Assembly: GCA_036677805.1 (NCBI GenBank)
Contig: JAVBVS010000016.1
Coordinates: 290,553-322,552, forward strand
Reading direction: 5' to 3'
Length of the DNA stretch: 32,000 nt
Source of the DNA: Victivallaceae bacterium
GTDB taxonomy: Bacteria; Verrucomicrobiota; Lentisphaeria; Victivallales; Victivallaceae
Part shown: positions 8,154 to 16,820 of the stretch, one piece after another
Layout of the letters: each line of letters opens with the position of its first letter
Position numbering within the stretch: the stretch's first letter is position 1
Program-made: the position numbers and the translations under genes
The notes under the pieces: generated by a model
What the model was told of the DNA's origin: nothing
Databases searched by the model: none
Seen by the model: the letters and a program-made list of their open reading frames with translations, nothing else

Positions 8154-8641
8154 ATGGCATTTCCGCTCAAGGAGGTCGTCCCATGGGGACGGAGCTTCGA
8201 AGAATACCGGACGATGTTCCGCCTGACCGTTATCTCTGGACCCGGATCAAAAACCTCGCCGAACTCAAAGCGCTGCGGATGGCGGCGATGGCGGAATTCC
8301 TCCGCGACTACGAATCGGGAAAATCGGCTGGACGGTATGTCGAACACGCCCTGCCCGACCCGGTGGCGCTGCCCGATCAAAGTTATGGACTCGGACTGAG
8401 TTCGCATTTCCTGCTGCTGTATGAAAATCTGGGTTATGAATTTCATATCGCCGCGATCGCGGAAATGCTGCGCCGGTGCCGGAAAGTCCGTATTTTCCCG
8501 ATCTGCAATCTGAATTGAGAGGCCACCGCACTGGCGCGCGATGTGGCCGGCTATTTTGCCCGGACGCACACGGTTGCGCTGATCGCAACCGACCACCGCG
8601 TTCAGAAAAGCACCCACGAAATGATGGTCATCACCGGCTGA
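8154..8641 (+). pseudogene. Decayed class I SAM-dependent methyltransferase (internal deletion/frameshift plus in-frame TGA)
   Basis: The N-terminal piece MAFPLKEVVPWGRSFEEYRTMFRLT is in the frame of 8154. Homology continues in the frame of 8183 from about 8225 (DRYLWTRIKNLAELKALRMAAMAEFLRDYESGKSAGRYV...SSHFLLLYENLGYEFHIAAIAEMLRRCRKVRIFPICNLN). After an in-frame TGA at 8516-8518 it continues as EATALARDVAGYFARTHTVALIATDHRVQKSTHEMMVITG to the stop at 8639-8641. The SAM-binding GxGxG segment expected between the two pieces is absent. Confidence 0.55.
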
Positions 8642-11600
8642 ATCCCGGCTCCGGCGTATCGCCGCCGGAAAGGAGTTCGCCAAGTTCCGGACTGTACCAC
8701 AGCCCGCCCGGAGTCAGAACCAGTCCCGTTTCCGAATCGGTATAGCCGATTGCGCTCTGCCGCCAGGGATTGCGCAAAGCGTCGCGGCCGCGGGCATTGA
8801 TGACCGAACCGTCCGGCGCATAATCGTACGCGGCATTCACCGTACCCGTTTCGTCGAGCAGGAACAGCACCGATCCGGTGTCGTCCGCAAAATAAAAGCG
8901 GTATTCCGCACCTTGGGCGTTCCACAGCGGAACCATCCGCAACAAATCCGGCGACGACGGCGGCGCCCACACATAACTTTGTTCGAGCACCGGAATGCCA
9001 TCCGCCATCCGATATTCGGCCAGGAGGCGATCCCCGTCATAAAGAAACCGGGTTTCGCCGCGCAGCGTCCAGACTCCGGCGCGATCCGGCGCGTAACGCC
9101 GCCGGCTCCAGCAGCGGCCGCGATAATCATAGGAAAACTCCAGCCGGATATCCGGGCTGGCGAGCCGGATCAACCGATTTTCACTGTCGTACTCTCCACG
9201 GTAACGGTGAAAGCCGCGAACCAGATTGCCGTCGGCGTCATATTCCAGCGGAAGGTCGCCGACAGCCAGATAGCGGCCGCGGACATTGACCGGAGTCGCC
9301 TCCTCTTTCCGGCCGTCGGCCGACTCCACCGCCCGCGCAATGCGCCGCCCGAACCCGTCATAAGTATATTCGAATTTGCCACCGCCCCTGTTTTTTTCAC
9401 CGCCTTCAGCGGCGGCGGACAGCATCCGCCCGAAACGATCGTAGTCATAACCAAAGCGGACGCCATCCGGCAATACCCGTTCGATCACCCGGCCGTCGGC
9501 ATCGCGGCGCAACGCAATTTCCTGCGTTCCGGCTGGCGTCCGGCCCGAAATTCCGGACAACCGATTGCCGTCATACCGGTAACGGACCGTCAGCGGCACG
9601 ACCCCGGCGCCATTGGACCAGGTGATCGTCTCCGGCCTCCGGCCCGCCGGACCGTAACTGCAACGCCAGAAAAAACTGCCGTCGGAAACCATCGCCGGGT
9701 TGCCCGCGCCGTCGTAATCGAAATCAATCGTCCGGGCCGCCTTGTCGGCCATCGGCAAGATCAGTTTCCGCAGCCGTCCGGAGACGTCGTATTCCCGGCC
9801 GAGCACCCATCCTTCAGCCCACGGCACGGTCTCCGTAACCGTCAAAACGCCGTCCTCTTCAACATAAGTGAATTTACGGGTTCCAGCGCTGTCGGCCACC
9901 GTGACCGGACGATCCAGCAAATCATAGGCGATGCGCACGGCCGAAGCCTGACCGGAGCCGCGAATGCCGGTCAGGCGTCCCGCCGCGTCATACTCGGTGA
10001 ATACCGCAACCGCTTCGCCGTCGACCTTCCGCGCCAATGTCCGCCGGAGCGGAAAACCGGCGGCGTCGAAGGCCAGCCCGATGCGGGAACCGTCGGGCCG
10101 CTCGATGCCGGCAAGATGCTGCCGCGAATCGTAAAGAAAACGGAACACGACCGGTTTTTCTCCATCCGCCAGCAGGGTCAAAGACGCCGGTTCGCCGCGG
10201 TCATTGTATTCGTAACGGCTCAGGACGCCCGATTTCTGCCGGGATTCGAGCTTGCCGCAACGATCGTAAACCATCGTTTCAACCCGGCCGTCCGGCAGCA
10301 CGCACTCCTGAAGCCGCCCCATCGCATCATACCGATAGAGGGTTTTACGATCATTTTCACTGCGGCTGATCAATTGATCGTTGCGATCATACGCCAGATC
10401 GACCGTATTCAACACCCGGCCGGTCAGGCTTTCCGTCTGCCTGATCATGCGATTGAATTCATCATATTCATAATCGGCCCGAATGCCGGGATTGCCGTTA
10501 TTCCGCCATTGCTCCTCGGCCAGCAACCGTCCATTGCAGAAGGTTCTGACCGTAGCGGTACCGTCCGGCAACACGTTCAGTTCGCGCCACCGCCCCTCCC
10601 CGGCCCGCTCCCGCTTGTGATGAGTCACGCCGCCGCGGCGGTCGATATACCAGGATTCATTGCCGTCGACACTTTCGATCCGGCTTTCCAGGGGTGCGGA
10701 TTCGCCATTTTGCAGACGAGTGCGCGCGACCACCCGGCAGGGAACGCCGCGGTAGTTCTCATAACGGGTCCGGGTTTCCGTAACCAGATCGCCGGCATCG
10801 TCCGTACCGTCGGCATTGAGATCGACCACGGTGCGTACCGTGGTATCGGAAACATCATATTCGCCCGGTGCCGTGCGGTTCACAGCCAAAGTGCTCGGAA
10901 GCAGACGGTCCCGATCGTCGCCAATCCGGCTCTCGCGACTGCCTTCGCCGTACCCGGTCCGATTCCCCCAATCGATCGGGTTGCGAAAAACCGCAGTCCC
11001 GTCAGCAGGATTTCCGGGCCATCCGGGACCGCCGAGATGCCGCCCGGCGTCCACGGCGTCGGTCGCGGCCGTCGGACGGCCCGCGGCGTCATATTGCCGA
11101 ATTTCGCGGTCGATCGTGCCGCCGTTGCGACCGACCACAGTAACGCCGGTCACCCGGCCCGCGGCATCAAGACGGTAACGGTTGACAATGCCGTCGAAGG
11201 TTTCGGCAATCAGGCGGCCGTCCCGGTCGTATTCGTAACTGCGTACGCTGCCATTCCGGTCGGTCCGGCTCGCCACCAGATTTTTGCGATAGGCCGTCAA
11301 CTCGCTGGAACCATCGGCATAATCGGTCCGGATCAAGCGTCCCTTGAGGTCGTAGGTATTGCGCTCCCCGGAAAGCTTGATGCCGGATGCGATATCGTAT
11401 GCCACCTGTTCGATCACGGCGTTGTTATTCTTATTGCGCACGGTCACAGTGCGGGTTCCGGAAACGATCCGGCGGGCGGCGTCATCGTAACTGTTTTCCA
11501 TGCCCCCGGCACGGCGGGTGATCCGTTCCTGATGCGGAGTTTCGCTATATTCATAAATCGTCCCCGTCCCGCCGGAATCGAACTCCAGCAATGGTTTGGA

Positions 11601-12458
11601 ACGCAAGCCGCTCCGGCGGACAACCGCAATCCGGTTGCCCGGATCGTCCCAGGCCGCACCGGGTACGATACAGGATATGGTATGCGTTTCGCGCCACTCG
11701 TCATAAGCCAGCTCAATATCGTACTTGCGGCGGATTTCCTGCCCATTGCGGCGGACGACGACACTATTGAATTTCCGGGCCTCGACGCCTTCCGGGAGCC
11801 GGAGCAAAACCGGATCCATCACCGTGATTTCCTCTGCCTCAGTGAGTTCGCCGGTATCGGCGGCGACGCCGCTTTCAGGCTGAGAAACATCGGCAACGGT
11901 TCCGCCGCCGGCGCTCCGGGGCCGGATGATCTGCGCGCCGTCCCCGCGGGACTCGATTTCGGAATTTTTCTCGACCTGGAGAGGATTGACCGATGCCGCC
12001 GCTTCCGGCCGGACATCTTGTTTTTTCGCCTCATCGACACGTTTTCGTTCGGCCGGTTTCCTGCTCTTTCCGGCATAGCGGAAGGCCAGCGCCATATCCG
12101 CCCGGTAGCGTTCCTTTTCCTCCGGCGCAAGAATGCCGTCGGAATTGAAATCGTAAACCCGCAGAATCGCAGCATCGCGGCGGCGATTCATCAGCGCCGG
12201 ATCGCCATCTTCGGAACGGGCGGCGAAAGCGTCGTCCCGAACAATCGCGACCCAGACCGCCTTGACCTCCGCAACCCGCCGGGTTGCCAGCACGATTTCA
12301 TTCTCCCGATCGCGGCGCAACTGGTCGAGATACTGCCGGTAAGTCGTCTTTACGGCCGGTCCGCCCGCGGTTTCGGCAGCCGCCGCGCCGACCGGCATCA
12401 TGCCGGCCATCAATACCGCCAGCCGAGACCACGCCCAAAATCTTCGCCAACCGTCCAT
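8631..12458 (-). CDS. RHS/YD-repeat protein with signal peptide; ends at the RHS core with no C-terminal toxin domain
   Basis: Track ORF 8631..12557 starts at TTG. It was trimmed to MDGWRRFWAWSRLAVLMAGMMPVGAAAAE, which looks like a signal peptide. It carries dozens of YD-type repeats (YEYDRDGRLI, YRYDAMGRL, FDYDGAGNP, YTYDGFGRR, YDYAPDGSV). The terminal core-like motif is NPWRQSAIGYTDSETGLVL...LWYSPELGELLSGGD, followed by only 9 more residues. Confidence 0.9.
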   Translation of the reverse strand: MDGWRRFWAWSRLAVLMAGMMPVGAAAAETAGGPAVKTTYRQYLDQLRRDRENEIVLATRRVAEVKAVWVAIVRDDAFAARSEDGDPALMNRRRDAAILRVYDFNSDGILAPEEKERYRADMALAFRYAGKSRKPAERKRVDEAKKQDVRPEAAASVNPLQVEKNSEIESRGDGAQIIRPRSAGGGTVADVSQPESGVAADTGELTEAEEITVMDPVLLRLPEGVEARKFNSVVVRRNGQEIRRKYDIELAYDEWRETHTISCIVPGAAWDDPGNRIAVVRRSGLRSKPLLEFDSGGTGTIYEYSETPHQERITRRAGGMENSYDDAARRIVSGTRTVTVRNKNNNAVIEQVAYDIASGIKLSGERNTYDLKGRLIRTDYADGSSELTAYRKNLVASRTDRNGSVRSYEYDRDGRLIAETFDGIVNRYRLDAAGRVTGVTVVGRNGGTIDREIRQYDAAGRPTAATDAVDAGRHLGGPGWPGNPADGTAVFRNPIDWGNRTGYGEGSRESRIGDDRDRLLPSTLAVNRTAPGEYDVSDTTVRTVVDLNADGTDDAGDLVTETRTRYENYRGVPCRVVARTRLQNGESAPLESRIESVDGNESWYIDRRGGVTHHKRERAGEGRWRELNVLPDGTATVRTFCNGRLLAEEQWRNNGNPGIRADYEYDEFNRMIRQTESLTGRVLNTVDLAYDRNDQLISRSENDRKTLYRYDAMGRLQECVLPDGRVETMVYDRCGKLESRQKSGVLSRYEYNDRGEPASLTLLADGEKPVVFRFLYDSRQHLAGIERPDGSRIGLAFDAAGFPLRRTLARKVDGEAVAVFTEYDAAGRLTGIRGSGQASAVRIAYDLLDRPVTVADSAGTRKFTYVEEDGVLTVTETVPWAEGWVLGREYDVSGRLRKLILPMADKAARTIDFDYDGAGNPAMVSDGSFFWRCSYGPAGRRPETITWSNGAGVVPLTVRYRYDGNRLSGISGRTPAGTQEIALRRDADGRVIERVLPDGVRFGYDYDRFGRMLSAAAEGGEKNRGGGKFEYTYDGFGRRIARAVESADGRKEEATPVNVRGRYLAVGDLPLEYDADGNLVRGFHRYRGEYDSENRLIRLASPDIRLEFSYDYRGRCWSRRRYAPDRAGVWTLRGETRFLYDGDRLLAEYRMADGIPVLEQSYVWAPPSSPDLLRMVPLWNAQGAEYRFYFADDTGSVLFLLDETGTVNAAYDYAPDGSVINARGRDALRNPWRQSAIGYTDSETGLVLTPGGLWYSPELGELLSGGDTPEPGFSR

Positions 12459-12615
12459 GATATTCCCTTGATACCGAGGCCGCGGCGGCGAACCGATCCG
12501 AATGCCGCAACCGACCGCACATCTTGCATTGATGGTTAATAAACACCGTTCCGACAATATTGCAACAGCAACTCACGGCATATTTTCAAAAAAACGAACA
12601 CGGAATGCAGACGGC

Positions 12616-13320
12616 TCAAATCCGCGCATTCCAGCGTCGACGCAAGGCAACGGCGTGATTGCAGGTCAGCGCATCGACACCGAGTTCCGCCATCCGCAAA
12701 CCGAGTTCGTCGGACGCGACGCCCCAGCAGACTACGCCGAACTTGAGCCGCTGCAATGCGCGCACCCATTCCGCAGCAGCGGCGAAGCTCGCCCGAAAAC
12801 TGATGCCGCAACGCAACGGCTCCAGATACCGGACCACTTCGCCGACCGTCGGAAAGTGGCCGAAAAGTGACTCCACATCCACCAGCAGGAGCCGTGCCAG
12901 ATCGGGAAACGCATCAGCGGCGGCACGGATGGTTTCGGCTTCAAACGAACTGATCGTCAACCGCCGGCGGTCGCCCCGCCAGCCGTCAAGGATGGCTTTC
13001 AAGCCCGGAATCACCTCCGGCGTCCCCTTCAATTCGATCTGCATGGCTTTGCCGGGCAGCAGCGCCGCCAGCGCCTCGGCGAACAGCGGCACCGGAAAAT
13101 ACCGCCGCAATTCGGCAAGCGTCGCCGTCCGCACCGCCAGCGGAACCCCCGTTATCCGGTCAAGGGTTTCATCGTGTACGCAAACCACCTGATTGTCGGC
13201 GGTCAACCGGATATCGAGTTCGATGCCGTCGGAATCGCGCGCCATAGCCAACTGAAATGCTTCCAGCGTATTTTCCGGCGCATCGTCCGATTCGCCGCGA
13301 TGGGAGAGAAAACGGGTCAT
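12616..13320 (-). CDS. Glycerophosphodiester phosphodiesterase (GDPD family)
   Basis: Contains the GDPD catalytic pattern FLSHRGESDDAPENTLEAF...GIELDIRLTADNQVVCVHDETLDR. Trimmed from track start 13401 to MTRFLSHRG (ATG 13320) with AGGAA 4 nt upstream. M20 at 13344 is an alternative start. Confidence 0.85.
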   Translation of the reverse strand: MTRFLSHRGESDDAPENTLEAFQLAMARDSDGIELDIRLTADNQVVCVHDETLDRITGVPLAVRTATLAELRRYFPVPLFAEALAALLPGKAMQIELKGTPEVIPGLKAILDGWRGDRRRLTISSFEAETIRAAADAFPDLARLLLVDVESLFGHFPTVGEVVRYLEPLRCGISFRASFAAAAEWVRALQRLKFGVVCWGVASDELGLRMAELGVDALTCNHAVALRRRWNARI

Positions 13321-13542
13321 GATTCCTGAACCTTCGGATTTCATGTCGAAGCAACAATATCTTTGAGTTGAGTAATATATCGCACTCTCCGGCGAAAACA
13401 ACTCACGAGCTCCGCTTCCCGATGTTTTTGCTCCCCGGCCCGGCCGTGAACTGATCCATCTTATCGGCCCCGCCGAAGGGGCGGACGAAGAACTCCAGGC
13501 GCTGGCTGCAATCGTCCGTATGGAAATTTTTGAACGGAATCC

Positions 13543-13662
13543 GAAAAAGTAAGAAAAAATCTAAAAAAAACAAAAAAGTAACACTTTCGGCAAGCGCCGC
13601 CCCCCCTGAATTCCGGAAGCAGAATTTGAAAACCTGATTCTGGAATCAAGACTCCGGAATCT
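13543..13662. promoter_or_regulatory. AT-rich tract plus three TTCYGGAA-type palindromes in a 390-bp intergenic region
   Basis: A-rich run at 13543-13583 (aaaaagtaagaaaaaatctaaaaaaaacaaaaaagtaac). TTCCGGAA at 13611-13618. TGATTC-TG-GAATCA at 13635-13648. AGACTCCGGAATCT at 13649-13662 (12 of 14 positions palindromic). Confidence 0.35.
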
Positions 13663-13711
13663 GAACCAATGGTCCAACATCCGTTATGTTCCGGGTTTTT
13701 CTTCCGGCAAC

Positions 13712-14623
13712 TTATAGATAGTAAGGGCCGAGGAGCTCCCACCAGGTCTGGCGGAGCAGATAATCCTTGCGGTATTTCCGGGCATAGTGGCGCAGCAGCG
13801 TCAGGGGCACCGCCAGCGTGCTCCTGCCCGTGCGGCAATCCGCGATCGCCTCCAGCAGCTCCTGCTTTTCCCACGGTTCCAGATCGCGTTTGAAATAGCC
13901 GAGGATGTGCTGCATGACATTGACGTGTTTCGCCAGCGTCGGACGCAGCGCCAGAAGTTCGTCGAGTTTCCGTTTGTAAGCCTCGAAATCGCCGGTCTCC
14001 ACCAGCCGCCCCAGTTCGGCATAGCGGCCCGGAGCGTGACTCATCAGCATCAGTTTGTGACGGCCCTGAAATTCCGACAGCCCCTGCTTCGTCCGCGCCG
14101 TTTCCAGAAGCTCATGCCAGCGGGCCGCGGTGAAAATCCGGTTCAGGAAGCGCTCGCGCAGAAACCGGTCCTGAAGCATCCCGTCCTCGATCACCGGCAA
14201 TTCGGGAAATCGTGCGACGAAAGCCGCCGCAAACAGCCCCCGGCCGTTTTTGCCGGCCACTCCCCGGGCGGAATAAACTTTCACCCGTTCCAGACCGCTG
14301 GAGGGAGAGCCTTTTTTGAAAACGAAGCCGTCCAGCCGTTCCCCGGCCAGCGCCTCCACCCGCTGCCGGCAGTAATCGAGCATGCGCCGGGTCAAATCCT
14401 GCCCCGTATGATTGGTCATCAATCGCGGATGAGCCGGATCGCCGACAAGGCGCATGGCTTCCCGCGGTACCGGCAGACCGCATTCGACTTCGGGACAGAC
14501 CGGCACCCACTCCACCGCCGCGCCGAGTTCGTCGCGCAGAAAGAGATTCAACTGGTGCTGGCCGTCGTAACGAACCGGTTCGCCCAGGAGGCAGCTGCTG
14601 ATTCCGAGTCTGGGTTTTCGCAT
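13712..14623 (-). CDS. DUF523 (TudS/YbbK-like 4Fe-4S) fused to DUF1722 (YbgA-like) protein
   Basis: 303 aa. The N-terminus RLGISSCLLGEPVRYDGQH...VPVCPEVECGLPVPREAM is typical of DUF523. The C-terminal helical half with ...MSHAPGRYAELGRLV... is typical of DUF1722. Confidence 0.75.
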   Translation of the reverse strand: MRKPRLGISSCLLGEPVRYDGQHQLNLFLRDELGAAVEWVPVCPEVECGLPVPREAMRLVGDPAHPRLMTNHTGQDLTRRMLDYCRQRVEALAGERLDGFVFKKGSPSSGLERVKVYSARGVAGKNGRGLFAAAFVARFPELPVIEDGMLQDRFLRERFLNRIFTAARWHELLETARTKQGLSEFQGRHKLMLMSHAPGRYAELGRLVETGDFEAYKRKLDELLALRPTLAKHVNVMQHILGYFKRDLEPWEKQELLEAIADCRTGRSTLAVPLTLLRHYARKYRKDYLLRQTWWELLGPYYL

Positions 14624-14715
14624 CGCATCCTCCCGTTCTTCTTTGGATATTGGCGCCTCCGGCAGCTATCGGACCGCGTCCTGCGTTTGTACGTTCCGTT
14701 TTTTCAATCGGAAGC

Positions 14716-14743
14716 TTGATATTTTCAAACATTATGTTATATT
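14716..14743 (+). promoter_or_regulatory. Promoter of the first arsR operon (TTGATA-N16-TATATT) with embedded palindrome AACATTATGTT
   Basis: TTGATA at 14716-14721 and TATATT at 14738-14743. The 11-bp palindrome at 14728-14738 overlaps the spacer and the -10 element, making it a candidate ArsR operator. Confidence 0.45.
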
Positions 14744-14764
14744 ACCAAATAACCAAGGATTGTG

Positions 14765-15049
14765 ATGTTGAACTACGATAAAACCGATTGCCGGAAAGAG
14801 GCGAATGTATTCAAGGCGCTGGGCCATCCCACCCGGCTGTGGATCGTGAAGCAGCTGGCCGACGGCGAACATTGCGTCTGCGAGTTCGTGGCGGCGGTCG
14901 GAGTCGATTTCTCCACCATCAGCCAGCATCTGGCGATTCTGAAGCGGGCGGGCGTGATCACGGACGACAAGCGCGGCAAATCGGTTTACTACCGGCTGAC
15001 CTGTCCGTGCATCCTCGCCATGCTTGACTGTGTGGAAAAAAGGACATAA
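14765..15049 (+). CDS. arsR: ArsR/SmtB-family metalloregulator (paralog 1)
   Basis: Contains the ArsR HTH pattern VFKALGHPTRLWIVKQLADGEHCVCEFVAAVGVDFSTISQHLAILKRAGVI...YYRL with the CVC metalloid site. An extra C-terminal Cys cluster is present (LTCPCILAMLDC). The track start 14762 is GTG; the ATG at 14765 has AAGGA 5 nt upstream. Confidence 0.85.
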   Translation: MLNYDKTDCRKEANVFKALGHPTRLWIVKQLADGEHCVCEFVAAVGVDFSTISQHLAILKRAGVITDDKRGKSVYYRLTCPCILAMLDCVEKRT

Positions 15050-15100
15050 TTTTTTTTACTGTTCATTTGGGCGTTTGACAAAATATAAGGAGTTGTTTGC

Positions 15101-16075
15101 ATGATCGTTTTCACCTGGCTGGCGGATTGGCTGACCTACGCCGTGTTCGGCCTGGCGCCGGAATCGCGATGGGGCGGCGGAATTCATTTCTTCCTCGAGG
15201 ATACCGCCAAAATTTTCGTTCTGCTGATGCTGATGATTTATGCCATCGGCTGGATTCGCGCCGGATTGCCGATGGACCGCGTCCGCATTTTTCTTTCCGG
15301 TCGCAGCCGGTTCCCGGGCTATGTATTGGCGGCGTTGCTGGGGGCGGTGACGCCGTTCTGCTCATGTTCCAGCATTCCGCTTTTCCTCGGGTTCATCGCG
15401 GCGCGGATTCCGCTCGGCATCGCCATGGCGTTCCTGATCGCGTCGCCCATGATCAATGAGGCCGCGGTGGCCATGCTCGGCGGCATCGTCGGCTGGGGCC
15501 TGACCGGAATTTATGTCGGCTTCGGTTTGCTCGCCGGAATTCTGGGCGGATTCTTTTTCGACGCGATCAAAGCCGAGCGGTTCCTGATGGCGGAACCGCC
15601 CCGTCCCTGCCGCTGCTGCTCCGGATCGTCCGCGGATGCGCCGCTCCCGGAAAAAATCGACCGCCGTTACCGCCACCGTTTCGCGTTGCAGGAAGTGCGC
15701 GACATTCTTCAGCGCATCTGGCTGTGGGTGGTCCTCGGGATTGCGCTGGGCGCTTTTCTGCACGGCTTCGTGCCGGATGAATTCATCGCCGGCTATCTGG
15801 GCGGCGGCCAGTGGTGGAGCGTCCCGCTGGCGGTGGCGGTCGGCATTCCGACCTACGCCAATGCCACCGGCGTGATTCCGGTGGTCGGCGCGCTGATTCA
15901 AAAAGGACTGCCGATCGGCACGGCCTTCGCCTTCATGCTCTCCACGGCGGCGGCCAGCCTGCCGGAATTCATCATGCTCAGGAAGGTGATGCAAATCCGG
16001 CTGCTGCTGATTTTCGCCGTCTATCTGCTGATTTTCTTCACCCTTTGCGGCTGGATTCTGAACCTCATCTATTGA
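15101..16075 (+). CDS. arsP: COG0701/ArsP-like permease (putative organoarsenical or thiol-reactive substrate efflux)
   Basis: 324 aa, polytopic. It has the conserved VTPFCSCSSIPLF motif with a vicinal Cys pair (codons at 15359-15367). AAGGAG RBS at 15087-15092. The symbol is tentative and based on family resemblance. Confidence 0.75.
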   Translation: MIVFTWLADWLTYAVFGLAPESRWGGGIHFFLEDTAKIFVLLMLMIYAIGWIRAGLPMDRVRIFLSGRSRFPGYVLAALLGAVTPFCSCSSIPLFLGFIAARIPLGIAMAFLIASPMINEAAVAMLGGIVGWGLTGIYVGFGLLAGILGGFFFDAIKAERFLMAEPPRPCRCCSGSSADAPLPEKIDRRYRHRFALQEVRDILQRIWLWVVLGIALGAFLHGFVPDEFIAGYLGGGQWWSVPLAVAVGIPTYANATGVIPVVGALIQKGLPIGTAFAFMLSTAAASLPEFIMLRKVMQIRLLLIFAVYLLIFFTLCGWILNLIY

Positions 16076-16097
16076 ATGATCATAAGGAACATCGGCG

Positions 16098-16820
16098 ATG
16101 AAAATCCAAATTTACGGCTCCGGATGCGCTCAATGCAAACGGCTTTATAACCACGTTGAAACGGCTCTCCGCGTCGCCGGCATGGACGCGGAATTGGAAA
16201 AAGTCACCGACTTGGACGCCATCGTCGCAGCCGGAGTGCTCCAGACGCCGGCGCTGGCGGTCGACGGCAAGATTCTGCGTCAGGGCAAGGTCTGCTCCCC
16301 CGCCGAAATCGCCGCACTGCTGAAGCTCGAACCCGTGCCCATGCCATGCGCTTGCGGCACCGGACGGCAGATCCCGGTAAAACGTCTGGCCGGAATATTG
16401 CTGCTCTGCTTCGCGGTCGCCAGCCTCGGCTGGGCGATTTATCGGGAAACGGCGGCGCGAACGGCGCTCCCGGCGGTGCAGCCGGCCGCGCCGGTCCCGG
16501 CCGCGGACAAAACGCTGACCGTGTATTATTTTCACGGCAATCAACGCTGTCCGACCTGCCGCAGGATTGAAGAGCTGACCCGGAAAACGCTCGAAACCGA
16601 TTTCCCGGCGAAACTGAAATCCGGCGATATCGTTTTTGAGTCGGTGAATCTCGACGAGCCTCGCAATGAACATTTCATCGCCGATTTCGCGCTGAATTCC
16701 AAAATTGTGGTGATGCGGAAAGGCTCGAAGTTCACCGCCTTTCCCGAGGTCTGGACGCTGGTGCGCAATCCCGAAGCATTTTCCACTTACATCCGGAACG
16801 GGGTGGAGCAAATGCAATGA
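16098..16820 (+). CDS. Fusion protein: small thioredoxin-fold protein (TM0996/MTH895 redox-active disulfide protein 2 type) + TM helix + ArsF-like thioredoxin-fold domain
   Basis: Residues 1-77 are MKIQIYGSGCAQCKRLY...QTPALAVDGKIL...EIAALLK (CxxC at 16125-16136). A linker with CAC follows, then a hydrophobic helix LAGILLLCFAVASLGWAIY, then TVYYFHGNQRCPTCRRIEEL (CxxC at 16548-16559). There is no stop between the two modules. Confidence 0.75.
   Translation: MKIQIYGSGCAQCKRLYNHVETALRVAGMDAELEKVTDLDAIVAAGVLQTPALAVDGKILRQGKVCSPAEIAALLKLEPVPMPCACGTGRQIPVKRLAGILLLCFAVASLGWAIYRETAARTALPAVQPAAPVPAADKTLTVYYFHGNQRCPTCRRIEELTRKTLETDFPAKLKSGDIVFESVNLDEPRNEHFIADFALNSKIVVMRKGSKFTAFPEVWTLVRNPEAFSTYIRNGVEQMQ

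Noticed and set aside
8516-8518. In-frame TGA as selenocysteine or as a reassigned sense codon (UGA=Gly/Trp)
   Set aside because: Many well-supported genes in this window terminate at TGA at the position expected from their families (pdxK, HAD, arsC, hgcA, hgcB, acr3). I saw no SECIS-like hairpin just downstream. The same gene is independently broken near 8225, so a nonsense mutation in a pseudogene is the simpler reading.
8913-12539. 1208-aa plus-strand ORF spanning the whole RHS locus
   Set aside because: It is antisense to a gene with unmistakable YD-repeat periodicity. Its translation is Pro/Arg/Gly/Ala-rich low-complexity sequence with no motifs. Long stop-free antisense frames are expected in GC-rich repetitive coding DNA.
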